This document shows positions 9,819 to 19,639 of a stretch of DNA of 64,000 nucleotides, one piece after another. The DNA lies in assembly GCA_015061575.1 (NCBI GenBank), contig SUWF01000002.1, positions 18,521-82,520 on the forward strand. Direction: 5' to 3'. The stretch's first letter is position 1; every line of letters begins with the position of its first letter. The stretch comes from Lentisphaerota bacterium (GTDB taxonomy: Bacteria > Verrucomicrobiota > Lentisphaeria > Victivallales > Victivallaceae). Both the position numbers and the translations under genes were made by a program. The notes beneath the pieces are model-generated. The model was not told the origin of the DNA. It did not search any database and worked only from the letters and a program-made list of their open reading frames with translations.

Positions 9819-10718
9819 TTAAAGTTCAAACCCGGCGTGCCGCGCCGCGTGGCAGTTGATATTGACCGCTACCGGCAGACTGGCAATGTGACAGGGGTGA
9901 TTATTGATGTGTACCGCCAGCGCAGTGGTATCGCCGCCCAGGCCTTGCGGCCCCACACCGGAAGCGTTGATCTTCTGCAGGATCTCCTGTTCCAGTTCGG
10001 CATATTCGCTTTCTCTGCTGGGGGTACCGACTTTGCGCAGCAGCGCTTTTTTAGCCAGCAGTGCAGCCTGCTCAAAAGTTCCGCCGATGCCCACACCCAC
10101 AATTACCGGCGGGCAGGGGTTGCCGCCGGCGTTGACCACGGTGTTGACTACAAAATCGACCACTCCGGCTTTGCCGTCAGAGGGCTTGAGCATTTTCAGG
10201 GCACTCATATTTTCCGAGCCGCCGCCCTTGGGGGCCAGAATAACGTTGATCTTATCGCCGGGCACCAGATTCAAATGAATGATCGGCGGAGTATTATCGG
10301 TAGTGTTTTTGCGTTTGAACAACGGATCTGTAACGATGGATTTGCGCAAAAAACCATCCCGGTAGCCCTGACGGGTACCTTCACTGATCGCTTCATAAAT
10401 AGTTCCGCCGTCGATCTGCACACTGCTGCCCATTTCCACAAAAAAGACTGCAAAGCCGGTATCCTGACAGATTGGCATATTTTCTTCCCGGGCGATGCGG
10501 GCGTTTTCCAGACACTGGCTCAAAAGTTCTCTGGCCAGCGGCTTGGTTTCTTTTTGGTAGGCATCCTGCAAAGATTCAAGTACATCTTCCGGCAGTTGGG
10601 TGGCGGCTGCCAGACAGCAGAGCCGGACCATTTCTACTACTTCATCAAAAGGTATCACGCGCAGTGATTCGGCGAATGAACGCATTTTTTCGACATTTAA
10701 TTGAAGTTTTTCAGACAT
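9819..10718 (-). CDS. Fe-S hydro-lyase alpha subunit (class I fumarate hydratase / L-tartrate dehydratase family)
   Basis: 299 aa. PICQDTGFAVFFVEMG signature. Directly upstream of the beta subunit. Confidence 0.87.
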   Translation of the reverse strand: MSEKLQLNVEKMRSFAESLRVIPFDEVVEMVRLCCLAAATQLPEDVLESLQDAYQKETKPLARELLSQCLENARIAREENMPICQDTGFAVFFVEMGSSVQIDGGTIYEAISEGTRQGYRDGFLRKSIVTDPLFKRKNTTDNTPPIIHLNLVPGDKINVILAPKGGGSENMSALKMLKPSDGKAGVVDFVVNTVVNAGGNPCPPVIVGVGIGGTFEQAALLAKKALLRKVGTPSRESEYAELEQEILQKINASGVGPQGLGGDTTALAVHINNHPCHIASLPVAVNINCHAARHAGFEL

Positions 10719-10818
10719 TGCTGCACCATATTGTTGATTTGATTCTGGTTTTATGGTTTAATATACATCCAAATCTTTTTTACTCAAATTAATATTGCAA
10801 AAAAAAGCTGCAGCAAGC

Positions 10819-10847
10819 TTGAATTTCGGAGCTTATCGAGTTATATT
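10819..10847 (+). promoter_or_regulatory. Sigma70-like promoter for the 10889 gene
   Basis: TTGAAT (10819-10824), 17-nt spacer, TATATT (10842-10847); about 40 nt upstream of the start codon. Confidence 0.4.
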
Positions 10848-10888
10848 TACTGAAAAGTACATTTTTTTTGAAAAATAAGGAGTTGTTT

Positions 10889-12274
10889 ATGCTGATTAAA
10901 TTTTATTGGGCGGCAGCAGTGGTGCTGGCTTTTTTTCCGGCAATGGCCCGGGATATTGATTTGGAACAGCACGTCCGTACTCATTGGCGCACCTGGCAGA
11001 ACAAAAAAATCACCTCCGGTGATGGCGGTAAGCTTTATAAAGCCTCTCCGGAACAGAAGACGGAACGGATCAGATATTTCAAAGGCTGTCTGGAACGGTT
11101 TGCACCGCATCTGATTCAGGAAGCGGCAGTGGTGGATAAGGTTTTCAATTTGCCGCCGGAAACTTACCTGGGGATCATGCGCTATGGGGTTTTGCTCAAA
11201 GATAACGATGAACACAATCCTTCGCATGAATGTACCAGCTGGGTGGCTATGAGCGATATTACCGATGGCAAGAGTATTCTTATCCACAAAAATCGTGACT
11301 CCAAGGGCCGACCGCTTACGCTGATGCGCCGGGCTGTTCCCGGCAAGCACGCCTGGATCGGCAACGGCGGATTGACTTCGCTCTGCCCGACGCAGGGGAT
11401 CAACGATAAAGGCGTGGTGATTTTGATGAACAGCGGCGATCCGATGCCGGAAGTGGAAAACAGCCAGTATGGTATACCTACCGGAGTGATCTGCCGGATA
11501 TTGCTCGAAGAATGCGGTACCGCTCAAGCGGCCGTGAAGCTGCTGGAAAAAATTATTGCCGACCGGGCATACAGTCATGTTGACAGCGGTTCGATCTGGT
11601 TTATCGGCGACAAAGACAACGTTTATATTGTAGAAAACACCGCCCGGCGCACGGTATCCAAAGCGGTCAACAGCGGTTTTACTGCCCGGGCCAACGCTTT
11701 TCATTATCCGGAGCTGCAAATTTACAGTTTGCGGTCGCCGCTGAGCATGGTCATGCACGGTCGTCGCGAATACGCTGTCCGTGAACGTATGTTGGAGCAG
11801 GCATGGCGCAAAAACGGCCTGGTTACGCCGCAAGACAGTGCAGATGCTTCCCGTATCAGCCAAATTCCGGAAGAGCCCAAATGCTATCCGCCTTGCGGAA
11901 GAAGCACGATTTCAGCCTGCACATTTGTTATTGATAAAGAGTTTCCGGAAATACTCAGCACTGCTTACATGACGTTCAGTTCTCCGGCCAGCTCCTGCTA
12001 TTTGCCGATCCCGGTAGTGGTCAGCAGCATTCCCGATGAGCTGATGAATGGTCAGTACAGCGCCCGGGCGTTTAAACGCATGGATAAAAAAGTGCCGTTT
12101 CTGCCGGAAAAAGAACTTAAAGCGCTGGAAAACAAGCTTTATCAGCGCCACACATCAGCAGTCGAAGAAGCCCGCAAAGCGTTGCGCAACCGGACTGCCC
12201 CGGATAAAGTCAAGGCTGCACTGCAGAAAGTTTTTGAGGAAAACTACAAAGATATAATCGCTGCCGAAAAGTGA
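10889..12274 (+). CDS. Secreted Ntn-hydrolase-like protein, peptidase C45 / acyl-CoA:6-APA acyltransferase-like
   Basis: ATG after AAGGAG. Signal-like MLIKFYWAAAVVLAFFPAMA. HECTSWVAMSD...ILIHKNRD and GINDKGVVILMN resemble the C45 nucleophile-Cys region. Confidence 0.5.
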   Translation: MLIKFYWAAAVVLAFFPAMARDIDLEQHVRTHWRTWQNKKITSGDGGKLYKASPEQKTERIRYFKGCLERFAPHLIQEAAVVDKVFNLPPETYLGIMRYGVLLKDNDEHNPSHECTSWVAMSDITDGKSILIHKNRDSKGRPLTLMRRAVPGKHAWIGNGGLTSLCPTQGINDKGVVILMNSGDPMPEVENSQYGIPTGVICRILLEECGTAQAAVKLLEKIIADRAYSHVDSGSIWFIGDKDNVYIVENTARRTVSKAVNSGFTARANAFHYPELQIYSLRSPLSMVMHGRREYAVRERMLEQAWRKNGLVTPQDSADASRISQIPEEPKCYPPCGRSTISACTFVIDKEFPEILSTAYMTFSSPASSCYLPIPVVVSSIPDELMNGQYSARAFKRMDKKVPFLPEKELKALENKLYQRHTSAVEEARKALRNRTAPDKVKAALQKVFEENYKDIIAAEK

Positions 12275-12287
12275 TTTCTGCTGCCGC

Positions 12288-13115
12288 TCAAGGCGTTTGG
12301 CGCAAAGCCTGCAGCCGGTACTGCCGGGGAGTCATTTTGATTTGTTTGATAAATACCGAATTGAAATGACTCTGCGTGCAGAAGCCCAGAGTGTAGGCGA
12401 TCTGATCGATCGGCGTATTGCTCTGGCGCAGCAGCCGGCAGCCTTCGGCAATGCGCAATTCCCGCAGATAATCGCCAAAAGTCCTGCCGCACTCTTGCGG
12501 AAACAAATGCAGAAAACGTGAACGGCTCAAGCCGATTTTTCCGGCTACTTCGCCGGCAGTAAGTTTGCGGCAGAAGTTTTTCCGGATAAAATTCAGGGCT
12601 TGAGCGATCCGGGGATCGGCTGTTTGCTGCATACGGTCGGCGTAGGCTTGAGTTATGGAGTTTTGCAGCAGCTGCCGGATGATATTGGTCAGGCTTTGGA
12701 GCCGGAATGCATTCAGTTCGGTCAGCAATTCATCCGGCGGATCTTCCGACTTGCGGTAAGGTCCGCACAATACTGCGCCCAGACAAATCCCGTGCTGATG
12801 GAACGGCACGATCAGCTCCCACGCTCCGGCCGGGCAGCGAGCTTCAAAAGCATCCTGGTGCCCTGCTAAAAGTGCGGTCAAAGTGCAGTTATCGTGAGCA
12901 ATGCACTTTTTTTCCTGCGCCGGAACTTGTTTGTAGCGTGCGCAAAAACTGCAGCTGTGCTTGGCAACATAAGTGTTGAGGCGGAATTCCAGCTTTAACG
13001 CCGCAGTGGCTTTCCAGCAGCAATGGATCTGAAAACTCTCGCTCAAATCCTGCAGATGCTGCTGAAGCTCATTAAAGACTGCATTATCAATTTTTTGCTT
13101 GCTGGTAAACGGCAT
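12288..13115 (-). CDS. AraC-family transcriptional regulator with an N-terminal PocR-like sensor domain
   Basis: The C-terminal double HTH (LTAGEVAGKIGLSRSRFLHLF ... IAYTLGFCTQSHFNSVFIKQIKMTPRQYR) is AraC-type. The N-terminal Cys-rich CSFCARYK...CIAHDNC...CPAGAWELIVPF...GAVLCGP matches my recollection of PocR domains. Confidence 0.8.
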   Translation of the reverse strand: MPFTSKQKIDNAVFNELQQHLQDLSESFQIHCCWKATAALKLEFRLNTYVAKHSCSFCARYKQVPAQEKKCIAHDNCTLTALLAGHQDAFEARCPAGAWELIVPFHQHGICLGAVLCGPYRKSEDPPDELLTELNAFRLQSLTNIIRQLLQNSITQAYADRMQQTADPRIAQALNFIRKNFCRKLTAGEVAGKIGLSRSRFLHLFPQECGRTFGDYLRELRIAEGCRLLRQSNTPIDQIAYTLGFCTQSHFNSVFIKQIKMTPRQYRLQALRQTP

Positions 13116-13293
13116 AAGATTTTTCCTTTATACAAAAGTAATATAGCATCAAGAGTTCTCAACGCAAATTGTAAAAACGATAAAATAGCACTATTTTGAT
13201 AAAAATCAGCTTTATATTGATAGCAAAAGTCTGTTGTTCAAGGTATTTTTAATGTGTTTCCAAATAATTCTTTAAACCACGAAAGGGAGTCCC

Positions 13294-14013
13294 ATGAAAA
13301 AACGATTTACTTTGATCGAATTGCTGGTTGTAATTGCCATTATCGCTATTCTTGCAGCTATGCTGCTGCCTGCTTTGTCTGCTGCTCGTGAACGTGCCAA
13401 AGATGCCAACTGCCGCAATGCACTCAAACAGACCGGCATTTATCACCAGATGTATATCAATGCCAACAAGGATTGGCTGGTAACCTGTCCCACCGAAGAT
13501 GGCGGCAGCATAAACTGGTCTCTTATGTTTATGCGGAGCGGAGTTATTGAAAATTACGATTACGGTATGCTTCGCTGTCCAGCGCTGGCACCGACCAATA
13601 CACCTTACCGGGGCGAAAACCAATACTGTACATTTGCCCGCTGCGGACTTTATAATCCTGCCACAGCAGCTTATTTTTTCCCTTTGAGCAAATATCCCAC
13701 ACCTGACCGCTCGGAAATTTTCTGTGATTCCGCCAATACCGAGCCTCCGGCGTGGGCTGAAACCGTGGGCTTCGGCAAACCGGTACAGTGGCATATGGTG
13801 CAGAAACGCTCCAATACCTCTACAGCGTACAAATACCGGGTGCATCTGCGGCACAATAAGCATGCCAACTTCAACTTCCTCGATGGTCATGTGGAAGCCC
13901 TGAACGAAAATTCCATGGTGCCGATCCACTGTCAGCTTTATCCGACGACTGATGACCGGGAACGCACTCTGCGGGTGGCTTACAATCCCTGGAATCAGGA
14001 CTTTGATAATTGA
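13294..14013 (+). CDS. Prepilin-type N-terminal cleavage/methylation domain protein, DUF1559 (H-X9-DG) pseudopilin-like
   Basis: [36 protein letters not shown] class III signal. C-terminal [12 protein letters not shown] fits H-X9-DG. Confidence 0.9.
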   Translation: MKKRFTLIELLVVIAIIAILAAMLLPALSAARERAKDANCRNALKQTGIYHQMYINANKDWLVTCPTEDGGSINWSLMFMRSGVIENYDYGMLRCPALAPTNTPYRGENQYCTFARCGLYNPATAAYFFPLSKYPTPDRSEIFCDSANTEPPAWAETVGFGKPVQWHMVQKRSNTSTAYKYRVHLRHNKHANFNFLDGHVEALNENSMVPIHCQLYPTTDDRERTLRVAYNPWNQDFDN

Positions 14014-14024
14014 GGTTTTTATTG

Positions 14025-17000
14025 ATGAAAAATTTTATTTTTTTACTCTGTACTCTTTGGGCTTTTATCGGAGTATCTGCTGAAATTAAACTGACAGACT
14101 TCAAGGATTTGGCCGGTGCTGAAAAAATGGGCTGGCGGGCCCGCAGCAGCAGCAGACTCAGTGTGCCTGCTCCCGGTGTGCTGCGCTGTCAGGGGATGGA
14201 TAAAAAACGCTATTGCGGCATGGAGATTTTCAGAGTGCCGCTGCCGGATCTTGCCCGGTCGATCAAATGTAAACTCAAGATGAATTTCGGCAGACAAATT
14301 TACTTTGTGCTGATAACAGAAAATGGTTACTTTGACTGTTATTTCCCGATCCAAAACAATGTGGAACAAACTTTTACCGTGCCGCTGGATATAAAAAAGT
14401 GGCGCTTCCGGGGCAAGGGGGCCAGGCCCGCGGAATTCGGCAATATCAAACAGCTGGCGATCATGCATCCGCGTATGCAGAAATCCAGCGAGTTTATTGA
14501 AATAAGCCAGTTGATATTTCCGGTAAAAGATGAAGAAAAAAATGCTGAAAAAATTACTGTTCCAGTTCATTCTGCAACCATAAAAAGCCATATTGCAGAA
14601 TACATTTTTTCGTCGGATAACGGCAGCTTGCTGGCAGTCAAAGATAAACGCTCCGGTAATTTGGCTGTGCAGGGAGTGGAAAATCACTACTTCCTGAAAA
14701 GCCGCTCCGGTGATGCGGAATCCTATGAAAAGTTTGATGAAGTTTTATCCTGTAAAACAACTGAAAAACAGCTCCATTTTACTTGCATAAACGATAAGTT
14801 GCCTGATATAACCATCGAAAAAATCTATTCGTTGGAAAATGACCGGCTGCGGCGTAAAACAATTTTCCACAATCATAATAAACAAAATACTGCATTTATC
14901 ACTCCCCGAACCCGGGTTCGTTTCAGTAAGGATTTTTATGATGATGCTTTTTATCTGGGCAGCGGATACATCGGGCCATTGATGAAAACGCCCGGAATTT
15001 CTGCACCGCAGCAGGAACGCAGTTTTTTGCAGACTACCAAGGGTATGCTTATTTACCACGACGGCAGCAAGGGCAGTTTTGCCCAGTACCGCACTCATCT
15101 TAACGGTAAATTCGTTTTTCCGTGGTGGCAGTCGGCGATCGCTACTTATCAGGAAAAAGAAAACGCTTTGTTTTATCAGCCTGACGGTTGGGAAATGGCT
15201 CTGGGGACGATCGATATATTGCCCGGAAAAACTTTTACTGTCGAAGATACTTTTGTATTTTTCAACGGCAACTGGCACGCATTTTTAACGGATATTTACC
15301 CCAATGATCCGGTGGTCAGCAAGGTTTTGAAGAGTTTCAAGCCGGGGCCGGCATGGCTGGCGGATGTCAAGGTCAATTTATCCACTGCCAGCATAACTGA
15401 TTACAAAAAATTGTCGCTGCTTATTGATGAGGGCGAAGTGATCGCCATGCTCGGAAATGTCAGTACCGGTTCATGGGGCGATTATCACTTTGATTCGCCC
15501 AAGCCCGGGTTTTACGGCGGTAGTGTTTCAGCGGAGGATATTAAAGCAATAAGTAAAGAAATCAAGCGTATTTCTCCGGCATTCCGCCTGGGGATATACA
15601 ACTGGGTGAATTCGGCAATGGGGGACTCGGATGTGGTAAAAATGCATCCGGAGTTTTTCATGTTCAAAAATCGCAATATGCAGGAAAAAAGCCTTTTCCC
15701 CGGCAACTACAAGATCAATTATCCGGTGATGATCAACCGCCCGGATGCCGCAGCATTCATGCTCGATAACTTCCGCAGTTTGATCGATACATTTGATTTT
15801 GACTATATTTATCTTGACGAAACCAAGACCGTAAGTTTGATCGACTGGCAGCGCAATGACCTCATGCGTGATGACCACTGGGCCGATTTCTGGATGGGAA
15901 TGCACAAATTGGGGCAGGAAAAAAATGTTCTGATGTTCGGTAATGGCCGCGGCAATCCTTATCATGAACTCAACTATATTGAGGCCCGCAATCAGCTTGC
16001 TCCATCGTTCTGGCGCAAATTCTGCGGCATGGCCATGGCGGTGGCTACTTTTGTCAACCACCGTCCCGGTGCGCGGGTGGATCTGCTTTACTGGAATCCT
16101 GAAATGGACTACATTACGCGTGTCCTGGCTAACGGGTTCATTCCGACGATCAATTTTTTGCGTTATCAGCAAATACCTTATATAACCGCCAATTACGAGT
16201 TGGGCAAAAGTTCGATTTATGACCTTGAATATACCCCTGACTGGAAATATGACCCGAAAACCGAATTGGAGAGTTACGCCATTTGCCGCGATCTGGGTAA
16301 AGAGGTGATCTTATCGCTGATCAACCGTTCCAGGCAAAATAGCGTGAAGGTGGAAGTCAATACCGGTAAATTACCTGAGAATCTGACCGTTTGGGCGTAC
16401 CGGGTCAATAAATATATCGATGAACCATTCAAGTATGGTTTTGGCGAAAAGGAGCGCAAAAGCAATTACCGCACAAGTGGCTGGCGCGAAGGCGTCATCA
16501 CCCGTCCGGAATTGTTGTTTGCCGGTAAAAATCCCGGTAAAATAGCTTTGAAACTCGACAATTTTGCCAAAGATGAATTTGTGCAGATCGTTTTCAGCAA
16601 TACTTCAGCGGGCAGTTATTCGGTCAATGATCTGGTTTGCAACTATTTTTTAAGTGGAACCCGTCAGCTGCATATTGGTAATGACGGAAACGATGTGCTG
16701 GTTGAATCCACCGCTGACAAGGCAGAAGTGATCGTTTTTCAAGCGCCCGGCAATTATCTGGTCAATGGCCGAAAGGTGCTGGCCAAACCAATCTGCTTCG
16801 GCGGAAAACTCTATTCGGTTCTGCAAGTTGCCAAGGGCAAAAGCGTGATCCGGAAAGTTGATACAACTGACTGTGAATCCGGAGCTTTTACTGCTGAATA
16901 CAAAAACGGCAAGCTTGAGTATTCCGGCAACGGCTATGTTTGTATTTATGACCGGAATAATGTGCTGCTTTATTGCGGAACCCGACCGCAGCTGCCGACC

Positions 17001-18314
17001 TATCACAGCAGCGGTAAACTGTTGATCACTTCGCTGGATGGCAAAAACCAAAGCATTTTCAATGTTCCTTGCGGCAAGCCGAGTCCGGCAATGCTGGTTA
17101 AAGCGCCGGCAATGAATAATGCCAAACTTAACATCAATAAATATCCGAAAGCTGTACGGCGCAACGGCGCATTGATCACTTCATCGGTGACTTATACTTC
17201 GCGTTGGCGCAACGACAGCGGTATGCAGCCATTGCTGGAACCGTTTACCGCCACTGCAGATGAAGAAAGTCTTACCGCAACGGCTGGTACAACGTCGCGT
17301 ATATTGAATTTTACCGGAGCGGCAACTGCCGGATTTCTGCTGGATAAGGTTCAAAAAGTGGAAATAGCTTTGAGCCATACTTTCCACGAGGCAAGTGGGC
17401 TGTCCGGCAAACACACGCACCGTTATCAGCGAAAAAGCGGAGAATTTGCCGGGATCATGCTCGATTATGAAATCGGCGGCAATAAATTTGTCCGCAAGGC
17501 CCTTTCCATAGGTGTATTGAATTACCAGCATACCAATCCGGGCAACCACCCCTACGGAGCTGAAAAGCCCACGCGCGATGTATATATGTTAGGCGAGTGG
17601 TGCGATGACCGCAAAGCCAAAAACTTTACTCTGGATCTGCAAAAACTTGCTCCGGAAAACTGGACCGGCAAGGTCTACATCTCAGCAGCGACCGGGTTTG
17701 TGGCGCCCGACCGCCGGATCACGATCCAACTGGTCAGATTCAATGCGGCAGTCCAGGCGCCTGAAGTTGAACCTGTATCGCTGGCAGCGTTTGTCAAGGC
17801 GGCAAAAAACCCCCGCAAAGAATCAGCTGCCTGCTTGCAGGAAAAAGTCGATTTTGCCCGGGTGATCAGCAAGCCGCTTCCGCAAAAATTTTATAAACTC
17901 GGCTTGGCTGGTTACTCCGATGCAATTAAAATTGCCGCATTGGCAAGTGATCGGGAGTACATTTATGCGGCGGTGGAAGTAAGCGAAGCAAAAAATCTCA
18001 ATCAAGTAGAGTTCTGGCTGATCGGCAGCAATAAAAAGATCTGGCAGTTCATTGCTTACTCTGACGGCAGCAGTATGACAACCTGCAATATGCAGCCTGC
18101 CACTGATAAACGTCTGAAGATCAAAGTGACAGATCAAGCCGGATTTTTCTTTGCAATTCCGCGTGATTTGCTTGGAAACAATGACAGTTACCGCTTCAAT
18201 CTGGCCTGTTACCGGCATGGCAGCAGTACGGTAAAAGCGGCTTATGCTACATATTCTGCTTTAGTTAAAAGTTTTTATGAACCGGCAAACTTTGCATTTT
18301 TTGAGGTTAAATAA
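14025..18314 (+). CDS. Large secreted multidomain protein (about 1430 aa), probably a carbohydrate-active enzyme of an unassigned family
   Basis: ATG 11 nt after the pseudopilin stop. Signal MKNFIFLLCTLWAFIGVSA. Central FDFDYIYLDETK segment in a TIM-barrel-like region. C-terminal ...DREYIYAAVEVSEAKN... looks like a CBM9/DOMON-like module. No family-defining motif recognised. Confidence 0.55.
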   Translation: MKNFIFLLCTLWAFIGVSAEIKLTDFKDLAGAEKMGWRARSSSRLSVPAPGVLRCQGMDKKRYCGMEIFRVPLPDLARSIKCKLKMNFGRQIYFVLITENGYFDCYFPIQNNVEQTFTVPLDIKKWRFRGKGARPAEFGNIKQLAIMHPRMQKSSEFIEISQLIFPVKDEEKNAEKITVPVHSATIKSHIAEYIFSSDNGSLLAVKDKRSGNLAVQGVENHYFLKSRSGDAESYEKFDEVLSCKTTEKQLHFTCINDKLPDITIEKIYSLENDRLRRKTIFHNHNKQNTAFITPRTRVRFSKDFYDDAFYLGSGYIGPLMKTPGISAPQQERSFLQTTKGMLIYHDGSKGSFAQYRTHLNGKFVFPWWQSAIATYQEKENALFYQPDGWEMALGTIDILPGKTFTVEDTFVFFNGNWHAFLTDIYPNDPVVSKVLKSFKPGPAWLADVKVNLSTASITDYKKLSLLIDEGEVIAMLGNVSTGSWGDYHFDSPKPGFYGGSVSAEDIKAISKEIKRISPAFRLGIYNWVNSAMGDSDVVKMHPEFFMFKNRNMQEKSLFPGNYKINYPVMINRPDAAAFMLDNFRSLIDTFDFDYIYLDETKTVSLIDWQRNDLMRDDHWADFWMGMHKLGQEKNVLMFGNGRGNPYHELNYIEARNQLAPSFWRKFCGMAMAVATFVNHRPGARVDLLYWNPEMDYITRVLANGFIPTINFLRYQQIPYITANYELGKSSIYDLEYTPDWKYDPKTELESYAICRDLGKEVILSLINRSRQNSVKVEVNTGKLPENLTVWAYRVNKYIDEPFKYGFGEKERKSNYRTSGWREGVITRPELLFAGKNPGKIALKLDNFAKDEFVQIVFSNTSAGSYSVNDLVCNYFLSGTRQLHIGNDGNDVLVESTADKAEVIVFQAPGNYLVNGRKVLAKPICFGGKLYSVLQVAKGKSVIRKVDTTDCESGAFTAEYKNGKLEYSGNGYVCIYDRNNVLLYCGTRPQLPTYHSSGKLLITSLDGKNQSIFNVPCGKPSPAMLVKAPAMNNAKLNINKYPKAVRRNGALITSSVTYTSRWRNDSGMQPLLEPFTATADEESLTATAGTTSRILNFTGAATAGFLLDKVQKVEIALSHTFHEASGLSGKHTHRYQRKSGEFAGIMLDYEIGGNKFVRKALSIGVLNYQHTNPGNHPYGAEKPTRDVYMLGEWCDDRKAKNFTLDLQKLAPENWTGKVYISAATGFVAPDRRITIQLVRFNAAVQAPEVEPVSLAAFVKAAKNPRKESAACLQEKVDFARVISKPLPQKFYKLGLAGYSDAIKIAALASDREYIYAAVEVSEAKNLNQVEFWLIGSNKKIWQFIAYSDGSSMTTCNMQPATDKRLKIKVTDQAGFFFAIPRDLLGNNDSYRFNLACYRHGSSTVKAAYATYSALVKSFYEPANFAFFEVK

Positions 18315-19639
18315 TGAGGAATTTAGTTTTAAGATCGCGTAATTTAGATATTCTTGCTGAAGCCGAAGTTGTCGTGGCCGGCGGCGGCGCTGCCGGGGTG
18401 GCGGCAGCTATCCAGGCTGCCCGGCTGGGACGCAAGGTTATTTTGCTGGAAAAAAACAACTGTGCCGGCGGCATATTATCCTCCGGACTGCTGCCCTGCA
18501 TCATCCACATGACCGATCTGAAAAATATCCTGGCCAGCGGGTTATGCAAAGAGTTGTGCGAGGCGCTGGCCAAACGTATGCAGCGCCCCGTCAATTATAA
18601 CTGGTTCAACGTACACCCGGAAGCGGTCAAGATCGAATTGGACGAAATGCTGGCTGCCGCCGGAGTAAAAGTCATCTACAATGTGCATATTTGTGATGCA
18701 GTGGTCAAGCGCAAGAAAATAATTGCGCTGGCAGTTATGACTTTGCAGGGAATGCGGGCGGTGGCCGGATCAGTCTTTATTGATGCTACCGGCGACGGGC
18801 TGCTTGCGTTTTTGGCCGGTGCCGCTTGGGAGTATGGTGCAGAAGATACCCATGAAGTTATGTCGCCAACGCTTTGCAGTTTTTTTACCAATATAAATTA
18901 TGAGGCCATTCCGCCGGAACGCCGGAATCAGGGGCAGGGGCGGATCGAGTGGAAAAATGCCCGGGAATCCGGCGAAAAACTCTTTATGGATGAAGGGCAT
19001 TTTGTGGGACATTTCCGTAATTCTCCGACTTCCGGGATCGGCAATCTGGGGCATATTTACAACACGGATGTGCTGGATCAATTCAGTGTAACTCAAGCTT
19101 GCATTGAAGGGCGCAAGCAGGCATGGGGATTTCTGGATTTTTTCCGCACGCATGTACCCGGCTTTGAAAATGCGGAATTGGCGGCTACAGCCGGGCTGCT
19201 GGGAGTGCGGGAATCCCGCCGCATCACCGGTGAATATGTGCTGCGCAAAGATGATTACCTTGAACGGCGCCATTTCAAAGACGATATCGGATGTTTTGCT
19301 TATGCTATAGACATACATTCTGGAAGTGCTGATTTAAAAAAACAAGCCGCCGTGGAAATAAATTTGCGCAAAAGTTCCTACGCTCCCGGCGAAAATTACG
19401 GCATCCCATACCGGGCCTTGCTGCCCAAAAATACCACCAATCTGCTGGTTGCGGGGCGCTGTATATCAACCGACCGGGCCATGCAGGCATCGGTGCGTAT
19501 TGTGCCGGGGTGTATGATCACCGGGCAGGCGGCTGGTACGGCGGCGTCACAGGCTGCATCCGGCAGAACTACTTTGCGGAAAATTTCCATCAGAAAATTG
19601 CAGAGTGAACTGCGCAAAGCCGGCTGTTTTCTGCCCTGA
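18314..19639 (+). CDS. FAD-dependent oxidoreductase (FAD_oxidored/GIDA-like family)
   Basis: 441 aa. Dinucleotide fold VVVAGGGAAGVAAAIQAARLGRKVILLEK. The start overlaps the upstream stop (TAATG). Confidence 0.8.
   Translation: MRNLVLRSRNLDILAEAEVVVAGGGAAGVAAAIQAARLGRKVILLEKNNCAGGILSSGLLPCIIHMTDLKNILASGLCKELCEALAKRMQRPVNYNWFNVHPEAVKIELDEMLAAAGVKVIYNVHICDAVVKRKKIIALAVMTLQGMRAVAGSVFIDATGDGLLAFLAGAAWEYGAEDTHEVMSPTLCSFFTNINYEAIPPERRNQGQGRIEWKNARESGEKLFMDEGHFVGHFRNSPTSGIGNLGHIYNTDVLDQFSVTQACIEGRKQAWGFLDFFRTHVPGFENAELAATAGLLGVRESRRITGEYVLRKDDYLERRHFKDDIGCFAYAIDIHSGSADLKKQAAVEINLRKSSYAPGENYGIPYRALLPKNTTNLLVAGRCISTDRAMQASVRIVPGCMITGQAAGTAASQAASGRTTLRKISIRKLQSELRKAGCFLP

Noticed and set aside
9794-9829. 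Longer start for the fumarate hydratase beta subunit that overlaps the alpha subunit stop.
   Set aside because: AGGAG sits at the right distance from the internal ATG (MEIKLQL). The extension has no RBS.
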